Assembly (NCBI GenBank): GCA_963699755.1
Contig: CAVOVB010000002.1
Coordinates: 512,001 to 576,000 of the forward strand
DNA: 64,000 bases
Source: an uncultured delta proteobacterium
GTDB taxonomy: Bacteria; Myxococcota_A; Polyangia; Polyangiales; Houyiibacteriaceae
Direction: 5' to 3'
The notes beneath the pieces were generated by a model, which was given only the letters and a program-made list of their open reading frames with translations, was not told the origin of the DNA and did not search any database. The position numbers and the translations under genes were made by a program. Shown here piece by piece: positions 61,882 to 64,000 of this stretch. Numbering within the stretch: position 1 is the first letter of the stretch; each line of letters begins with the position of its first letter.

Positions 61882-62738
61882 TCGTGCCGTTGGAGGAGAT
61901 GCTTTCGGCCAACGGCCTTCGACATCACGTGATCCGTTGGGGCCAGCGTCCCGTGGACGTCGTGCTTTGCCATGGTTTTTTAGACATCGCTTGGAGCTTC
62001 GACGCACTCGCACGCGAATTGGTCGAGGCGGGGTATGGCGTTGCCGCGTTTGATTGGCGAGGTCACGGCCAGACGGACTGGATCGGCGCGGGCGGCTACT
62101 ACCACTTCCCCGACTACGTTCTCGATTTGGACGAGCTCCTGCCACAGCTCTCCGATCAACCGGTTCATCTCGTCGGGCACTCGATGGGTGGTTCGGCTTG
62201 CGTCATGTATGCGGCTGCACGCCCCGAAAACCTGAGCTCGCTCGCGCTGATCGAAGGGATCGGGCCGCCCGAAATGGAACCGCGCGACCCGGCGACACGC
62301 TTGCGTGCCTGGCTAGATGGCGTGGCCAAGGTTCGCAGCAAACGCGCACTGCCGATGGAAGACGAGCGAATCGCGCTGAAGCGGATGCGAGCTCAGAACC
62401 CAGAGCTCAGCGACGAGCTCGGCTTGTTCCTCGCGAGCAAGAGCACGAAAAAGGTCGACGGCGGGCTTGAGTGGACCTTCGATCCATTGCACAAGACCTG
62501 GTCGCCTCGGCCCTTCGAAGCCAGCATGTTCGAGAAGCTCCTCGAGGCGATCCCCACACCTACCTTGGTGGTCGCCGGCGAGCGAGGTTTTCGCCTGCAA
62601 GACGAGCAGCATCGCATCGGAAAGATCAGGCAGCATTGCTTCGTCGAGATTGCCGATGTTGGACACATGATTCACTGGTTCGAGCCGCAAATGCTCGCCG
62701 CTGAGCTTACAGGATTCTTCGCCCAGCATCGCACTTGA
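61878..62738 (+). CDS. Alpha/beta fold hydrolase
   Basis: HGFLD, DWRGHG, GHSMGG and GHMIH. Confidence 0.92.
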   Translation: MIVPLEEMLSANGLRHHVIRWGQRPVDVVLCHGFLDIAWSFDALARELVEAGYGVAAFDWRGHGQTDWIGAGGYYHFPDYVLDLDELLPQLSDQPVHLVGHSMGGSACVMYAAARPENLSSLALIEGIGPPEMEPRDPATRLRAWLDGVAKVRSKRALPMEDERIALKRMRAQNPELSDELGLFLASKSTKKVDGGLEWTFDPLHKTWSPRPFEASMFEKLLEAIPTPTLVVAGERGFRLQDEQHRIGKIRQHCFVEIADVGHMIHWFEPQMLAAELTGFFAQHRT

Positions 62739-62771
62739 CCCCGTGGTGGGCTCGTGAAACGCTGACGGGCC

Positions 62772-63716
62772 ATGCGTGTAGTTTGCTTGGTTTCCCTGGT
62801 TCTCACGGTTTTGGTGACGGTGCAGGCCCTGGCGGAGGACAGAGCCCCCCGTCCCGACGAAGTGCGACGCGCCAAAGTCGTCGCAACGGTCGGCAGCGAA
62901 ACGATCACGGTGGGAGAGCTAGAAGATATGATCAACTCGCGCTCGCCGTATGCCCGCAAACGATTTGCGGATCGAGCAGTGCTCGAGCGCTTTCTCGACG
63001 ATCAAGTCAAGAACGAGCTCTTCTACCAAGGGGCGGAGAAACTCGGCTATGGGAACGACCCCAGGGTCAGAGAATTCCTCGATCAAACGCTCGTCCAGAT
63101 CTATGTGCGCAGAGAATTCGAAGAGGCCGTGACGCCCGAGAGCGTGACCAAAGAGGACGTCGCCAAGTACTACAAGGAACACCCGGAAGAGTTTCATCGG
63201 CCGGAGATGCGCCGCGCGCGACACATCCTCGTGGCGAGCAAGAAGGAGGCCGAGGACATCCGCCGGCAGGTTCAAAGCGGCAAGGGACCGACGTTCCGCG
63301 CCCTCGCAAAAGAGCTGAGCCTCGACACCGAGACCAAGCTCCGAGGGGGTGACCTTCTCTACTTCAGCACGGATGGAACCCTCGTGGGCAAGCCCGATCA
63401 GGCGGCCGTCGACGCCACGCTAGCGAAGGCTGCGTTCAGCCTCGAGAAGGTCGGAGAGCTCAGCAAGCCCCTCGACCTCGGAGACGGGAAGTGGAGCATC
63501 CTCGAGCTCACGGGCATCCGCCCCAAGCAGACGCAAACCATCGAGCAGGCCAGCGCCCTCATCCGCCGGAAGATTTGGCGCCAGGGGCGCGAGGGCGCGC
63601 TCAACAAGACGATCAGCGATCTGCGGACCGAGCTGAAGCCGGAGAGCTTCCCCGAGCGGATGGACGCGATCGTCCTCGAGCCGAGCAGTCAGCCGATCGG
63701 GCCGCTCGACCAATAG
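62772..63716 (+). CDS. Parvulin-type peptidyl-prolyl isomerase (SurA/PrsA-like)
   Basis: Signal peptide; VVATVG..ITV and RARHILV..F..LAKELS.D....GGDL. Confidence 0.9.
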   Translation: MRVVCLVSLVLTVLVTVQALAEDRAPRPDEVRRAKVVATVGSETITVGELEDMINSRSPYARKRFADRAVLERFLDDQVKNELFYQGAEKLGYGNDPRVREFLDQTLVQIYVRREFEEAVTPESVTKEDVAKYYKEHPEEFHRPEMRRARHILVASKKEAEDIRRQVQSGKGPTFRALAKELSLDTETKLRGGDLLYFSTDGTLVGKPDQAAVDATLAKAAFSLEKVGELSKPLDLGDGKWSILELTGIRPKQTQTIEQASALIRRKIWRQGREGALNKTISDLRTELKPESFPERMDAIVLEPSSQPIGPLDQ

Positions 63717-63765
63717 AAAACCGGTCTGGCTCTCTTGGCTTGCCAAGGAGCCGCGCTGCAGTTAC

Positions 63766-63783
63766 TAAATGAACGTTCATTCA
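63766..63783. promoter_or_regulatory. Palindromic operator (TetR/FadR-like) upstream of the acyl-CoA dehydrogenase
   Basis: TAAATGAACGTTCATTCA contains the perfect 14-bp palindrome AATGAACGTTCATT, about 20 bp before ATG 63803. Confidence 0.7.
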
Positions 63784-63802
63784 TTTTCGGAGCGAGAGAG
63801 CC

Positions 63803-64000
63803 ATGTCGTCTACATTTCAGCCTTTTAGGGAAGAGCACAAGATCTTCCGCCAGCAGGTTCGCGCCTTCGTCGAGAACGAGCTCGTCCCAAACGTCGACCA
63901 GTGGGAGAAGGAAAAGCTCTTCCCGAACTCGGTGTTCAAGCGAGCTGGAGAGCTCGGGATCATCGGTGCGCACTATCCCGAGGACGTCGGCGGTGGCGGC
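63803..64000 (+). CDS. Acyl-CoA dehydrogenase (5' part only; runs off the window)
   Basis: Translated by hand: MSSTFQPFREEHKIFRQQVRAFVENELVPNVDQWEKEKLFPNSVFKRAGELGIIGAHYPEDVGGG. Confidence 0.9.
   Translation, partial: MSSTFQPFREEHKIFRQQVRAFVENELVPNVDQWEKEKLFPNSVFKRAGELGIIGAHYPEDVGGGG

Noticed and set aside
63728..63752. Hairpin after the PPIase gene as an intrinsic terminator
   Set aside because: No U-tract follows and it overlaps the likely -35 of the next gene, so it was not called.

Overview
A GC-rich, densely coding 64-kb stretch of core bacterial chromosome. Gene content points to Myxococcota, probably Polyangia-like (inference from Hanks-type kinases, PEGA proteins, a TSP3/OmpA TraB-like protein, a REC-PATAN-TPR protein and Cys-rich lipoproteins). 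I found no rRNA, tRNA, CRISPR array, transposase or phage gene. It holds about 57 CDSs. Housekeeping genes include aroC, cysE, pgm, bioB, tmk, dtd, coaE, tldD/pmbA, rpsO-pnp-dut, trxA/trxC, glmU and rseP. Heme/iron genes include a chdC-like gene, bfr/bfd with a Fur-like box, ctaA/ctaB/sco, ccsA-like-hemA-hemC and a five-heme TPR lipoprotein. Envelope and signalling genes fill most of the rest. The best leads are: (1) a serine-palmitoyltransferase-like enzyme head-to-head with a stand-alone ACP (possible sphingolipid locus); (2) a tail-anchored Ser/Thr kinase inside the heme A/O synthesis run; (3) a lone Get3/ArsA-like ATPase lacking the signature Lys, divergent from a Roadblock protein; (4) two genes that appear collapsed by in-frame internal deletions; (5) several proteins with lost catalytic residues (Bfr H130G, an SDR without YxxxK, Tmk P-loop K to T, a dead cyclase domain, a CcsA-like protein without the WWD motif); (6) repeated signs of leaderless transcription and a structured pnp leader. 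All calls come from motif recognition by eye; no database searches were run.
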